63,362 bases of DNA, filler included, from Octopus bimaculoides (GCF_001194135.2; 4 parts of 4 records of this genome joined end to end with filler, not necessarily neighbours in it), one strand, 5' to 3'; positions 12,657-25,266 are shown, counted from the whole stretch's first letter. The notes: generated by a model not told the origin, from the sequence alone. Program-made: numbers and translations.

Positions 12657-12899
12657 GCCCTTTTAAAGCCTAGCCAGGCTCATGGACCCAGTTTCCCGGT
12701 TTCTATGGCGTATGTGTTCCCCAGCTGGACGGGACGCCAGTCCATCGCAGCGTGACTCATTTTTGCCAGCTGAGTGGACTGGAGCAATGTGAAAGGAAGT
12801 GTTTTGCTCGAGAACACAACGCGTCGCCCGGTCCAGGAATCGAAACCACAATCTTACGATCATGATTCTGATACCATAACCACTAAGCCACATGTCTCC
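12657..12899 (-). mobile_element. SINE family B (short-tail variant)
   Basis: Reverse complement: GTGGCTTAGTGGTTA..GGTTTCGATTCCTGGACC..TTGTGTTCTCGAGCAAAACACTT. Homologous to 18169-18421. Confidence 0.85.
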
Positions 12900-14146
12900 A
12901 AAAATATGTACTTACTAGATTATTAATAAATAGATCATTATTCTCATGAAGCGATTGTAATAATTGATCGGCGAACTTTCGGAAGAGCTGTCGCTACCTC
13001 GTGAAGAATGAAAAGAGTAAGGAATCGGGTGATTGTTTCTTTCTGTGAAAGACTTTTTTTTTTTTTTTCCCCAAAGTATTTGATTTGCTGGCGATAATAG
13101 GAATATAGCAATAAGACACCTGAAGAAAACATGGCTGGATGTGGTCGGAATACATTTAATGAAAGGCTTGTTACTTGAGAGATGTCATGGAGCTAAGCAA
13201 CATCAACAACAATAACAGTAACCCTTGTGTTAACACATATTTCGTGCGAAAATATCTCAGTAAATATTGTTGCTATATAGAAAGAAAAACTGGAGAAAAA
13301 TTAACAGTTTTAGAGTTATGACAGTAAAGGAATGCTGTATTGTATCATTCTTAACGTTTTCAAATAACATTAGTAACCTAGATGAGAAGTTAGGGTAAAT
13401 AATTTGTAGAATTGGAGCTATAACATCTTTTTACAATAACTGCCGTGCATTTTGTTCTTTGCGGTTTCAAATCAGTTGCAATTCCTGATGAAGTAATTCT
13501 TATATAGCTAAACGTTCAACATAACTAATACTTACATGATAAACTACTGATGTTGCTCTATGTAGTTCTAACTTTGCTAACATTTGTCGTAACACCTAAC
13601 ACTTCTCATTTCATGAATTGCATTGGTAAATCATTGGATCAAATCATTCAATTCGATAGTAATTTTAGTGTCACCGGAATTTTTTTTTTTTCCGAGATAG
13701 TACGTTCATAACGCAAAATGAATGAAACCATTTCAGTATAAGATACAAGCTTTCACCTAATTTTTCTTAAAATATTAACTGTAATTACGTATCATTAATA
13801 TGAATTTTCATATGAAATACGCAGTAGTGGACTGTAACACTAATTATCATCTTTTCTAAAGAACTCAAAACGTTTTCAGCTGAACCGCTCCTTGGTAATA
13901 TTCGCCAACTACTAATTCAGTGATATTAGCCAATAATTCAAGGAACTTTGAAGTGTAATAATGTAAGAATGTATTCCATTTTGTTTGTTTCTTTTTATTA
14001 TAGAGTAATTAAACTAAATGAATCTTAATGAAACGCACACAGCCTCTTGCTTATCTACCAAACCTTGTCTTTTAGCTGCTATTACTTGCAACGTCATTTT
14101 ACACCAACAGTATATGCATTCACATCAAACCTAAAAGAAAGTTTAT

Positions 14147-14375
14147 TTAACCCTTTAGCATTTGAACCGGCCATATCAGTCCAAAATATTCTACCTGTTT
14201 TAAAGTTCAAACTGGCCAGATCTGACCTCTCATATCTACCTTAGAAAATCATTCTGAAATTAAACATTCACCTCATCAAAATCTCAAAGCTACAAGATAA
14301 TGCATGATTAATTCAAAAGAATGTGAATGAATAAGTATTACATTTGAGAAAGTCATCTGAATGCTGAAGAATTAA
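14147..14375. mobile_element. piggyBac-like MITE (TTAA-flanked)
   Basis: TTAA-CCCTTTAGCATT at left and AATGCTGAAGAA-TTAA at right (imperfect inverted match). Confidence 0.75.
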
Positions 14376-14395
14376 TGAAGAAGAATGGAGCTATA

Positions 14396-14660
14396 TTAAA
14401 AATAGAATAAACGAAAATGGAATGACTCCTCGAGGCAAAGTTCACATCTACTCCTACCTATTTCGTATGGTTTAACTCCACTGAGGATTGACCATTTCAG
14501 CTCATATTCTTTTTTGACCCCTATTAGTTGCCATACTAGCTTGCTAGGTGATCTCACATTCTTTTTAGTTTCATGCTTAAACGACGAGATGTGGTTGTAA
14601 TAGGCTCTTCTTGTTATACCCAGAAATGGATTTGATGGACGTAGCATTAATTTCTGAAGT
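14396..14660 (-). pseudogene. Penelope-like element GIY-YIG endonuclease C-terminal fragment
   Basis: ORF-track peptide FLGITRRAYYNHISSFKH..SKLVWQL..YELKWSILSGVKPY..RCELCLEE follows the PLE endonuclease pattern (YIG.T, R..NH..SF, I.W.IL, C.LC..E). Confidence 0.8.
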
Positions 14661-15007
14661 CGTTCAATTACCTTCAATTGATTAATAGACCGATTGAGTA
14701 CACTTATCAGTAATGTACCTGTAATGACTACTGGAAACAGCTGTAAGCCTAACATTCTCTAATAAAGAAAAGAAATATGTTATGACCATTATTTTTAACT
14801 TGTTGCTTATATGTCACTCTGTCTAATAAACACTTTGTCTGGAGCCCCTCCACGGATTTATAATATATAATTGTGAGGAACCAAAACCTTGGACCCTACC
14901 ACGATATTACCTGGAGTTCTTCACTAAAAAGAATATAATTTTTGGTGTGTTGTGCCAACAGAGGGCTTATGAAGTATTTTACCCAAGTTGATAATCCCTC
15001 GCTATTT

Positions 15008-15045
<38 letters not shown>

Positions 15046-16175
15046 NNNNNNNNNNNNNNNNNNNNNNNNNNNNNNNNNNNNNNNNNNNNNNNNNNNNNNN
15101 NNNNNNNNNNNNNNNNNNNNNNNNNNNNNNNNNNNNNNNNNNNNNNNNNNNNNNNNNNNNNNNNNNNNNNNNNNNNNNNNNNNNNNNNNNNNNNNNNNNN
15201 NNNNNNNNNNNNNNNNNNNNNNNNNNNNNNNNNNNNNNNNNNNNNNNNNNNNNNNNNNNNNNNNNNNNNNNNNNNNNNNNNNNNNNNNNNNNNNNNNNNN
15301 NNNNNNNNNNNNNNNNNNNNNNNNNNNNNNNNNNNNNNNNNNNNNNNNNNNNNNNNNNNNNNNNNNNNNNNNNNNNNNNNNNNNNNNNNNNNNNNNNNNN
15401 NNNNNNNNNNNNNNNNNNNNNNNNNNNNNNNNNNNNNNNNNNNNNNNNNNNNNNNNNNNNNNNNNNNNNNNNNNNNNNNNNNNNNNNNNNNNNNNNNNNN
15501 NNNNNNNNNNNNNNNNNNNNNNNNNNNNNNNNNNNNNNNNNNNNNNNNNNNNNNNNNNNNNNNNNNNNNNNNNNNNNNNNNNNNNNNNNNNNNNNNNNNN
15601 NNNNNNNNNNNNNNNNNNNNNNNNNNNNNNNNNNNNNNNNNNNNNNNNNNNNNNNNNNNNNNNNNNNNNNNNNNNNNNNNNNNNNNNNNNNNNNNNNNNN
15701 NNNNNNNNNNNNNNNNNNNNNNNNNNNNNNNNNNNNNNNNNNNNNNNNNNNNNNNNNNNNNNNNNNNNNNNNNNNNNNNNNNNNNNNNNNNNNNNNNNNN
15801 NNNNNNNNNNNNNNNNNNNNNNNNNNNNNNNNNNNNNNNNNNNNNNNNNNNNNNNNNNNNNNNNNNNNNNNNNNNNNNNNNNNNNNNNNNNACTTTATAT
15901 ATATATACAAAGTTTTAATAAAAGAAAACCTTTAACGATATTATAAACAATAAAGACTAATTATTAATCAAATATTATCAATCAAAAATAATCGAAAATA
16001 TAACAACACTATTCAAATCGAAGTTCTAATATTATGTAGAAATGAAACTATAACTTATAAATAATTTAGTGTTAAATAAGTTATCTATTAAAAATAATCT
16101 ATAAAGAACCAAATGAATAATATAAAAAAACAAGAATACATATTATTTCCAAATAGTAGAAAATCTTTAGCAAAG

Positions 16176-16208
<33 letters not shown>

Positions 16209-16601
16209 AATCAAAGGACACATTGAAGTGTCTACCTGCTAGAAATAGGAGTTAGATCCCTCATTTGGACTACCAAAAATTACACTGAAAATACATACAT
16301 ACAAGCATGCATGTATGCGTGCATACATTCATACATACATACATACACGTATGTATGTTTGCGATTACTGAGGCCATTGGAAAGTACGATATCTCCCACT
16401 GAGTCAAGAGGCAAGTAGTCTCACTTGGGTTAAAAACTGCAACTCCCTAGAGTAAGGCATTGAAATTTTCCACAACCGGTAATATAATTGTTAACGTACT
16501 CATGATTTCAGTTTTATCTTCATTTGAGTTGTACCTAGTCCCCTATACTTAGAGCGCACACTACCTCCCTCATGAACTCTCTCTCTCTCGCTCTCTCCAT
16601 G

Positions 16602-16641
<40 letters not shown>

Positions 16642-16702
16642 TAATTTTAACAGTTGAATTTGTAGTCGACAAAGCTATGAATAATAGCGTGTAAATATGT
16701 AT

Positions 16703-16898
16703 TTTCTATTCTAGGCACAAGGCCCGAGATTTTGGGGGAGAGGGCCAGTCGATTAGATCGACCCAGTACGCAACTGGTATTTAATTTATTGACCACGAAA
16801 GGATGAAAGACAAAGTTGACTTCGGCGGAATTTGAACTCAGAACGTAAAGACAGACGAAATACCGTTAAGCATTCCTCCCGGCGTGCTAACGTTTCTG
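16703..16898 (-). mobile_element. SINE family C
   Basis: Reverse complement has GTTAGCACGCCGGG..GTTCTGAGTTCAAATTCCGCCGAAGTCAACTTTG..CTTTCATCCTTTCG..GCCTTGTGCC. Confidence 0.88.
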
Positions 16899-17102
16899 AA
16901 TGGTGTGTAAATATTGGGTTAAAAATACTTTGGGACTGAAAAAGTCGGAGGCTGCCCGTAGCACAAAACATACATCTGTGAACATGAGAGATGTTCTACC
17001 ATTGCACATAAACATTATAAATGCATGTGTGTATGTATGTGTGTGTGTGCGTGTGTGTGTGTGTGCGCATGCTCGAATGTGTATCGTAAATAAACATATA
17101 TG

Positions 17103-17690
17103 GGCGTAGGCGTGGCTGTGTAAGCTACTTCACCCCTTTTATGTTTGTCTGTCCTCGTTCGTCCCCGCTTTGTAATGCCTTTATGGCAAATATTTATGAA
17201 ATAAAGAAGCTCGTTTCCGAACTGTATGGTTCCAGGTTCAGTCCCACTGCGTGGCATCTTCGGAAAGTGTTTTCTAGTATAGCCTTGGGCTGACCAATGC
17301 TATGTGAGAAAATTTGGTTGATAGAAATTGAAAGAAGCCCATCATATGTGTATATGTGTGGGGGGTCGTGTGAGGGGTCGTTGAGGGGTCGTGTGGGGGG
17401 TCGTGTGGGGATCNNNNNNNNNNNNNNGTCATGTGTGTGGGGGCATGTGTGTGGGGGCATGTGTGTGGGGGCATGTGTGTGTATCCATGTTTGTCTCCCA
17501 TCAATGCTTGACAACCAGTGTTGGTGTGTTTGTGTCCCCGTAACTTGGTGGTTCGGCAAAATATGTCGATAGAATAAGTATCAGGCTTTAAAAGAAAAGA
17601 ATACTGGTGTCGATTCATTCGACTAAAAATTCTTCAAGGTGGTGCCCCAGCTTGGCCGCAGTCTCATGACTCAAACAAGTAAAAGATAAT
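17103..17690 (+). mobile_element. SINE family A (diverged) with a family C tail fragment inserted in its head and a G-rich minisatellite in its spacer
   Basis: Head GGCGTAGGCGTGGCTGTG, insert ~17125-17203, body GTTCAGTCCCACTGCGTGGC, tail GGTGGTGCCCCAGCTTGGCCGCAGTC. Confidence 0.85.
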
Positions 17691-18168
17691 ATGTAATATA
17701 TATATATTACACACACCTGCATATATTGTAGGTGTGTATGTTTTGTAGTGGTGATGTTAATAAAAATTTATGGATTTTGTACGTGATGATATTGTTATCA
17801 GTTATATATGGCTGCAGTGGCTAAATGCATGTGTACAAATACATGTGATTACATACATTCATTAATATATACTTCCTTGCCATAAATACTCATTAATACG
17901 TACGGGCGTTTTCGCATGATTGTATTCGTTTGTGTATGTATGTATGTATGTAGGAACGAATGATATATCTAAATATATTTTTATGTATATATACGCACGA
18001 AAACGTTTATTTTAAATTTTTGCCCTCCCAAATATACACAAACAAGTACCCTTACACCTACAGCTGCCCTCACACACGCATACATACACTCACACACCTG
18101 TACAATCATATGCGCGTGCTTTTATTGAAGGAAACTGCAGTAAATTATAATTAACTAACAAGGTGTCA

Positions 18169-18421
18169 TGCGGGCGCGTGGTTTAGTGGTTAGGGGTGTT
18201 GGACTCATTTTCCTAATATTGTGGTTTCGATTCATGGGTCAGGCGTCACGTTGTGTTCTTGAGCAAAACACTTTATTTCAGGTTACTCCTGTTTACTCAG
18301 CTTGAAAAAGTGAGTAATCCTGCGACGAACTGACGTGCTGCCCAGGGAGAGTTATATGCGCTATGGAAACCGGAAAACCGGCCTTTTGAGTCTATATTAC
18401 ACGGAAAGGATCTTTATCCTT
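18169..18421 (+). mobile_element. SINE family B (short-tail variant) with 10-bp TSD
   Basis: Head GGGCGCGTGGTTTAGTGGTTAGG..GGTTTCGATTC. TAACAAGGTG at 18156-18165 and 18422-18431. Confidence 0.85.
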
Positions 18422-19226
18422 TAACAAGGTGACACCCAGTTCATACGATGCTTTATCAAGTGAATAGTGACAACTTCCTGCAGATTAGTTCTTGATTATA
18501 CTTTGTCGCCAGTTATGTCGAATTATTTTCAAAGTTTTCATAGCAACCAATTTTACGAACGCATTTTCCATAGCAACGGTCTAAGAACAATTTTTGATGA
18601 AGCATTTTGGGAGGATGTAACGTAATGATTTCCGTAGTCTTTTGGTAGGGGTATTTTCTTTCTTGCAAAGTAATTGTTATAAATGGGAATTTGTGCAGAA
18701 TTAAAACAAGCCTTGTGCATTACTGTGGTACACAGATTATTAACGTTTAGACAGGAGAAAGATTATGTCTGCGCACAATTATGACAGACTATACTTGTCC
18801 TTTTTCATTGAGATGCAGCTTCAAAAGTACCAGACCAGTTATAATCTGTGTCAAAATTTGCAACCATTATTTGCCCATCAAGTAAAGCTGATGTAAATGG
18901 AGAAATATCTGTTCGAAGATTCAGTTCGGCAACATATCCCACTCTCACCAATAAGCTATGACATGCGCAATATTTAGTATTCATCGAAAGTAAATGAACA
19001 AAAATGTGTTGTTGACTGATATTATTTTACTATCCATATATATTTATTGTCTTGCTATGAATGAGGTCTGTATTCATGTCTGTTAGCTTCTTAAAGTCAT
19101 TTTCACGAAGCAGTGACAGAATAACCAAGTGCAGAAACTACAAGACAGCTAATAATTCCATTTATAGTAATCTAAGACTATTGCCGATTCTCGCAGAACA
19201 TTATAAAGCTTAACTCTCTTTATATA

Positions 19227-19227
<1 letters not shown>

Positions 19228-19308
<81 letters not shown>
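19228..19308. repeat. (TATC)n-(TA)n microsatellite
   Basis: Directly visible. Confidence 0.95.
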
Positions 19309-19470
19309 NNNNNNNNNNNNNNNNNNNNNNNNNNNNNNNNNNNNNNNNNNNNNNNNNNNNNNNNNNNNNNNNNNNNNNNNNNNNNNNNNNNNNNNNNNNN
19401 NNNNNNNNNNNNNNNNNNNNNNNNNNNNNNNNNNNNNNNNNNNNNNNNNNNNNNNNNNNNNNNNNNNNNN

Positions 19471-19518
<48 letters not shown>

Positions 19519-20163
19519 TGTGTACCACTTTAGAATGAGTAGCGTCATGATGTTTTGTTTTTTTCTTTTTCTTTTTCTTTTTCTTTTCTGACAGCTGAGA
19601 AGAAGAAAGTTAATCTCAAAACAGAAACCAGGACCGAATTCTTGCGAAAGAATGAACAGAATAAAAGCATCCAAGGACCTTTATTTCACCCTGTTCGTTC
19701 AGGTGGTGGTATTAAATCGAGCGATGCATTAAATCTAACACCCAAGAACTCAAAACATTAGAAGCTTGAATAAATACCACCAAACATCTCAGTATATCGT
19801 TGATGGGGGAAATGTGAACTGTTGGCAGAGTAATTAAGAAGGCAGTGGGCTGACCGCGCAAAAACCAATGGTAGTTGTATAAGAAAAAGAAGATATCAAC
19901 TGAGATGACGGCAAACTCAGGTTGTGCCCGCACATATAATCATAGCCACCTCTTCCATTACCTCCACTACCACCACAGTTACCCTCGTTAGAGCCCACAA
20001 GGCTGACTATACATATTAATAACCTTACCTCGAAGTACCTGAATATCTAATCCTAACAGTTTGATGATAGGTGTTAAGTTACAAGGCACGTTGTCTAGAA
20101 ACGCAAAGCTACAAGGGAATTAAATATATCATTCTTGAGCGAGTGATCTACAATATTGTAATA

Positions 20164-21435
20164 TGCGTTCAAAGCGTATTCGACCTTTGGGCATATATTT
20201 AAAAAAAAAACAATTTTGTACATTTCACAACTTTTATTTAATCACCTTCAAAATACTCCCCTTAGAAGTTCACATAATTTTCCCAGCGGTTCTGCCACTG
20301 CTGATAACACCTCTGGAATGCTCTGGAGATCCATTGTTACTTTTCTCATAATTTCCTTTCGCGACTAAAATCGCTTCCCTTTCAGCGTAGTTTTCAGTTT
20401 GGGGAAGAGCCAGATGTCACACGGTGCCGAGTCGGGAAAACTTGCCGAACAAGTGATGCGTTGTTCTTGAACAGGAAACCTTGGATTATGTAGGCGGAAT
20501 GAGCGGGCGCATTGTCGCCCATATGTCCAGCCGCTTTCGACGCACAGCATCAGGAAGGCGATGTATAACGACCAAATAGTATTCCTTATTGATTGATTGG
20601 CCTTGTGGTGAGTATTCATAATTAACAATGCCACGGGAGTCAACGAAACAGGTCAACATTACTTTCAAGTTGCTGCTAATCTGTCGCGCTTCTTTGAGCC
20701 TTGGTGCTAATGGATGCTTCCATTGGGAAGACTGGAACTTAGTTTCCAGGTCGTAACCATAAACCCATGTTTCATCACTGGTGATGATGATCTTCATGAA
20801 GTCTGGGTCTTAGTTTGCACAGTCCAGTATGTCCTGAGCGATGTCAATGTGAAGTTGCCTCTGCTGCTCTGTCCTTGAGGACGAATTTCGCCGACACTCT
20901 CCGAATTTTACAAATTCTGCGTTAAAATGGAAGGCACCGATACTTTGCTTACTCCCAATTCGTGAGTAATTTTTTGGATTGATACACAACGGTCTTCATG
21001 ACAATTCGCCGAACCTTTTCAATCGGCTCCTCGTTTCGGCTTGTGGATAGACTGCTTGAGCGTCCCCAGCAGCCATGTTTGAAGCGCTTGTACCACGTTT
21101 TGATCTGAATTTTGTCCATGGCGTCATCGCCAAAGGCCTGCTGAACATCTTCGTTAGTTTGAGCATGACAATCACCAAGCTTTTGTCGACATTTGATACA
21201 ATATCTCTACTCAACGCGTTCGGTTATCTTGTGTGAAAACAAAAATCCGACGTGCACGAACTACACGCCTGTACTCTAGGCGCAACAGCCGGGAACTGAC
21301 GCGGTCTACCGACACGAAAATTTGCGTGCATGCGCAGAAAGGGTGGTGTAATCTTCCCCCCAGATGATTTTCCCCAGGTGACATTAGTTGTGGCGGGAGA
21401 AAAAAAAGTCGGATACTTTTTGAACGCACCTCGTA
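20164..21435 (-). mobile_element. Near full-length (~1.27 kb) mariner transposon, probably irritans-like
   Basis: Right end reads TA-CGAGGTGCGTTCAAAAAGTATCCGAC on the minus strand. Left end TGCGTTCAAAGCGTATTCGAC lacks the outermost bases. Encloses a transposase relic. Confidence 0.92.
20238..21227 (-). pseudogene. Mariner DD34D transposase pseudogene
   Basis: TERVE*RYCIK..WYKRFK; IITSDETWVYGYDLETKFQSSQW; DNAPAHS; PDSAPCDIWLFPKLK; terminal GEYFEGD*. Contains stops and frameshifts. Confidence 0.92.
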
Positions 21436-21697
21436 TACTCTACTACATTGTACGATATAAAATTCTGCTCTGCTACTCTCGGTTGGTTGAAATAATTGAC
21501 AAAATTACAGTGACTTCATATTTTGACAAAAAGAAACAGTTTTAATCTATGAGGCTTAATGGTAGAAGCAAAATTAAGGAATGTTATTTCCAACAATGTA
21601 ATGCGAGTGAATCCCAAGCTGCAGTCTTTCAATGATGCAACAATGTTAAGAATAATCATTCCACCGAAGTCGATTTCGTCTTTGTCTTTCGTCCTAT

Positions 21698-21770
21698 CGA
21701 TGGGGGTCGATGTAATCGACTTACCTCTTCCCCACAAATTGCTAGCCTTGTGCTATAATTTCAAACTTAT
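21698..21770 (+). mobile_element. SINE family C 3' fragment
   Basis: GGGGTCGATGTAATCGACTTACC..AAATTGCTAGCCTTGTGC. Confidence 0.7.
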
Positions 21771-21821
21771 ACCACTGCAACACTTACACTGTCGTCCCAA
21801 CTATTACTATACACTGTCATG

Positions 21822-22420
21822 TGATCACTTGACTTGCTGGAAATAGTAACCAGTTTTCCCTTAGAACACACTCTACTGTCTTAAATAAAGACAGGACACA
21901 AGATATTACAATCTTACATTGCTGAAATGCCTTCAATCGTATGTCTATTTAATCTGGTGGCTTGAGGTTAAGCAACAACAACCAATACACTGTCTTGAAC
22001 CAGTGAAAGAACATCTTTGTACTCAACCAACCTGCTAGAAATAGAAAGAAATAGAAACCAAATTTTACAATCTTATAAAGAAAGGATACATTGATTAATG
22101 TAATGGAAAATACGCAGTACCTGGGCGAAAATGGGATGGTCATAGCTGGAACGCCTTTATTCATAGGTCTGCTTAAAACAACATACACTAAACTCACCTT
22201 CAAACACCAGTAGCATGAACAATAACGACCATAGAATGTTGGAAATGGCAGTCAACTCTCCCTCAAATCTCATTCCACCATCTTAGAAACGGACGCATAA
22301 TATATTTCGAGATTCCTTTTTGGGTGAAGAAAAAAAAAAGAAGGAAAGAAAGAAAAAGACAAAAAGAAAAATGCGAGATGGTCATAACTGGAATGCTTTT
22401 GTACATAAATCTGTCTCATG
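21822..22420 (+). mobile_element. Three tandem fragments of repeat family D
   Basis: Restarts at ~21822, ~22025 and ~22235 with (C)TG(C)T(A/G)GAAAT(A/G)G motifs and GGATGGTCATA(G/A)CTGGAA tails. Confidence 0.55.
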
Positions 22421-22562
22421 AATATCCCCTTGGGGTTAAACAAAAACGGCTACTACGAGCCAAAGAAGGAACCTCTGAGTGATCTCTTTCTATGCTAGAA
22501 ACTCTTGTCAAACTTCCCTTAAACCACATTATCACCTTTAAAAAAAATAAGATATGAAATAA

Positions 22563-22740
22563 ATTTTGGCACAAGGCCTGGAAGTTCGGGGATGGTGGTA
22601 AGTCGATTAAATTGACCCTAGTATTCAACTGGTACTTATTTTAACGGCCCCGAAAGAATGAAAGGAAAAGTCAACCTCGGCAGAATTTGAACTAAGAACA
22701 TAAAGATGGACAAAATATCGCCAAGCATTTTGCTCAGTGA
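22563..22740 (-). mobile_element. SINE family C
   Basis: GGCACAAGGCC..GTCGATT..ACTGGTACTTATTTT..AAAGTCAACCTCGGCAGAATTTGAAC. Confidence 0.8.
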
Positions 22741-24014
22741 GCTCAAGCAATGAAATAATGTACACTAGGATATACTGACAAAGATGTGATAGTCACGGTT
22801 GGAAATACTCTTAATTTCAAGTTGGCCTAAGTATACTCAACAACAACATCACAATTATTCAACGCACCTCCACCAATAATCTTTACATTTCTTTATTTCC
22901 GTTCCATATCGTAGTATAGTGACCCTCCGTCCTTGGCACGGTTCCAGCACATCGGAATTTTCTTTGAGAAGAGCTTGCAATTAGCTCCTCACTGCTTCTA
23001 GGGGGAAAAGGCTGTGAATGATCCCGCCCAAACTATGAACCNNNNNNNNNNNNNNNNNNNNNNNNNNNNNNNNNNNNNNNNNNNNNNNNNNNNNNNNNNN
23101 NNNNNNNNNNNNNNNNNNNNNNNNNNNNNNNNNNNNNNNNNNNNNNNNNNNNNNNNNNNNNNNNNNNNNNNNNNNNNNNNNNNNNNNNNNNNNNNNNNNN
23201 NNNNNNNNNNNNNNNNNNNNNNNNNNNNNNNNNNNNNNNNNNNNNNNNNNNNNNNNNNNNNNNNNNNNNNNNNNNNNNNNNNNNNNNNNNNNNNNNNNNN
23301 NNNGGGGAAAGATAAAACGAACTTTAACAAAACAACATGAAAATATGTTCCTTAAATGTTCTTTTGCTCAATATATCAACCAAGAGATTGTAGGTTCGAT
23401 CGGCATCTCTGGCGCCGATATCTGTTTTGATGTAAAGTGTGTCGGAAATAGGAGCTGAGATGAAAGGTCGGAATTCGTTTGAAAACGCTGTCGCTCCCTT
23501 TTCATGTTGGCCTAAAATGAAGTCAACAACTGACCACTGGTCACTTCCACTCTTTGTGTGTTTATGTGTGCTGATGTGTATTCGTGTGTGTGCGTGTATG
23601 TGTGAGTCTGTGGAGGGTGTTTTATCTGCCTGTTTGCGCTCGTCTGACCATAAGTGCGCGCAAATGTGTATATATCAAACAGTGCATGCAGTATACTGTG
23701 TGTGTGTGTGTGCGTACGTGCGTGTGTGTGTGTGTGTGCGCGCGCGCGCGCATGCGAGCATGTGTGTGTGTGTGTGTGCGTGTGTATTCGTGTGTTCGTG
23801 TTGTTTTTGTTCTTGTTTTTGTCCTAGATCTACTATAATCAAGTGATTCAGCTATTAAAAAAAATGCCTTCCAACCATAGCCATCCCGTATCCACCCAAT
23901 ATTTTGTATGACGATTACATTAACCAATGGATCCTCATATATTTTTTAAGGCCCCAAGGTAAGTTTGAGGAAGTTTTGGCAACTATTTCCCACAGATCGA
24001 ACGACCATATAGAG

Positions 24015-24085
24015 CAGGCATGGACAACCTTTTTCAAGAAACGGGCCAAATGAGACACGGAGCATCATTAGCCGGGCCGCATTAC
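24015..24085 (+). mobile_element. Possible hAT terminus
   Basis: CAGGCATGGACAACCTTTTT..GGGCCAAAT..GGGCCGCA resembles Charlie/SPIN-type left ends; no partner end seen. Confidence 0.3.
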
Positions 24086-24418
24086 TAAAAAAGTCTAAGG
24101 AACTTTTCTTTTGGAGTGCCATTCAGCGTTGCCAAGTGTATGTGTATGGTTATGTGTGAGCGCATGCGCGTATGTTCGCGGAGGAAATGCTGCTGTTTGT
24201 AATTCCAAGTAAACCCGGATTGAACTAATCTAAGGCCTATTTTGTTTTCCTGTTTGTGCTTTTTTTCTGTTGTTTTTCTTGCCTGATGTAATCTAGGACT
24301 ACGATGATGATGGTCGCTCCCGTCGATTTCGACGTATGAGTGTTTGAAGGAGGGGTGTAAAGAGAGAGGGACAGAGAGACAGAAACAAAGAGAGAAATAC
24401 AAAGACAGAGATAGATAC

Positions 24419-24451
<33 letters not shown>

Positions 24452-24992
24452 ACAGTTTTTGAAAATAAGAAATAACAGAAGCTGCATCTACTTGCGCTGG
24501 ATGCTAGAATGTAATTTGAGTTCAGAGATGGATTTTGCTATGAAGGTGAAATTGGTGATTTTGATTTTGCCTGGGATTGGGAAAATGTGTCTGTAGTACA
24601 ATATCCAAACGTTAAATCGTAATTATTTTTTAAGATTTGCAATATGAGGAAGGTTTGCTATTCCTATCATGATGAGAGATCACATATGAGATGTTTAATT
24701 TGGATCTGTTTAATTTGGCTCACAGATTTTTTTATACATTTTTTTAAAGCCAGACCGTTTAAAACTTCGTATACTGGCAGAATATGTCAAGCAGAACACA
24801 GTTTACGTTGAACATTTTTGACAAAATGTCGTATTTTAGAAGTTATTTCGTATTAAAGTTGTCGTATTGGGGTAATTTTAGCCAATCAACGACGAGTATT
24901 CAGTTGAAGAAAGTTACTTTGAAGAAAATCCATTTCTTAATAGATGTATGTATATATATATATATATATATATCATGTAACCTCGTGGGCAT

Positions 24993-25092
24993 NNNNNNNN
25001 NNNNNNNNNNNNNNNNNNNNNNNNNNNNNNNNNNNNTTAATTAATTAANNNNNNNNNNNNNNNNNNNNNNNNNNNNNNNNNNNNNNNNNNNN
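24993..25092. other. Artificial scaffold spacer (44N-TTAATTAATTAA-44N)
   Basis: Exactly 100 bp. The 12-mer has stops in all six frames. Identical spacers at 39662 and 61788. Confidence 0.95.
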
Positions 25093-25266
25093 GCAGATAT
25101 ATCACATCAGAGAGTTCACCCTACACTAGGTTACACAAGTCACAAAGTTTTATGTTATGTACAAACTCTGATTGAAACAAGATGGCCGACGAGGCACTAC
25201 CAGTTTCACATTGACGAGATATTACACAGCCTCGCGTTCGTTGCTTTCAGTATTCGTAAGGAGCAA

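Noticed and set aside
13478-13520. CTGATGA...AAACGTT hammerhead-like string (similar partial hits near 39420-39465 and 42380-42410)
   Set aside because: Each lacks the GAAA element or stem I pairing, which is compatible with chance or extreme decay.
14942-15946. 200-370 aa ORFs made mostly of X (also at 10.2, 33.1, 37.7, 43.2, 49.3 and 54.2 kb)
   Set aside because: They run through N gaps.
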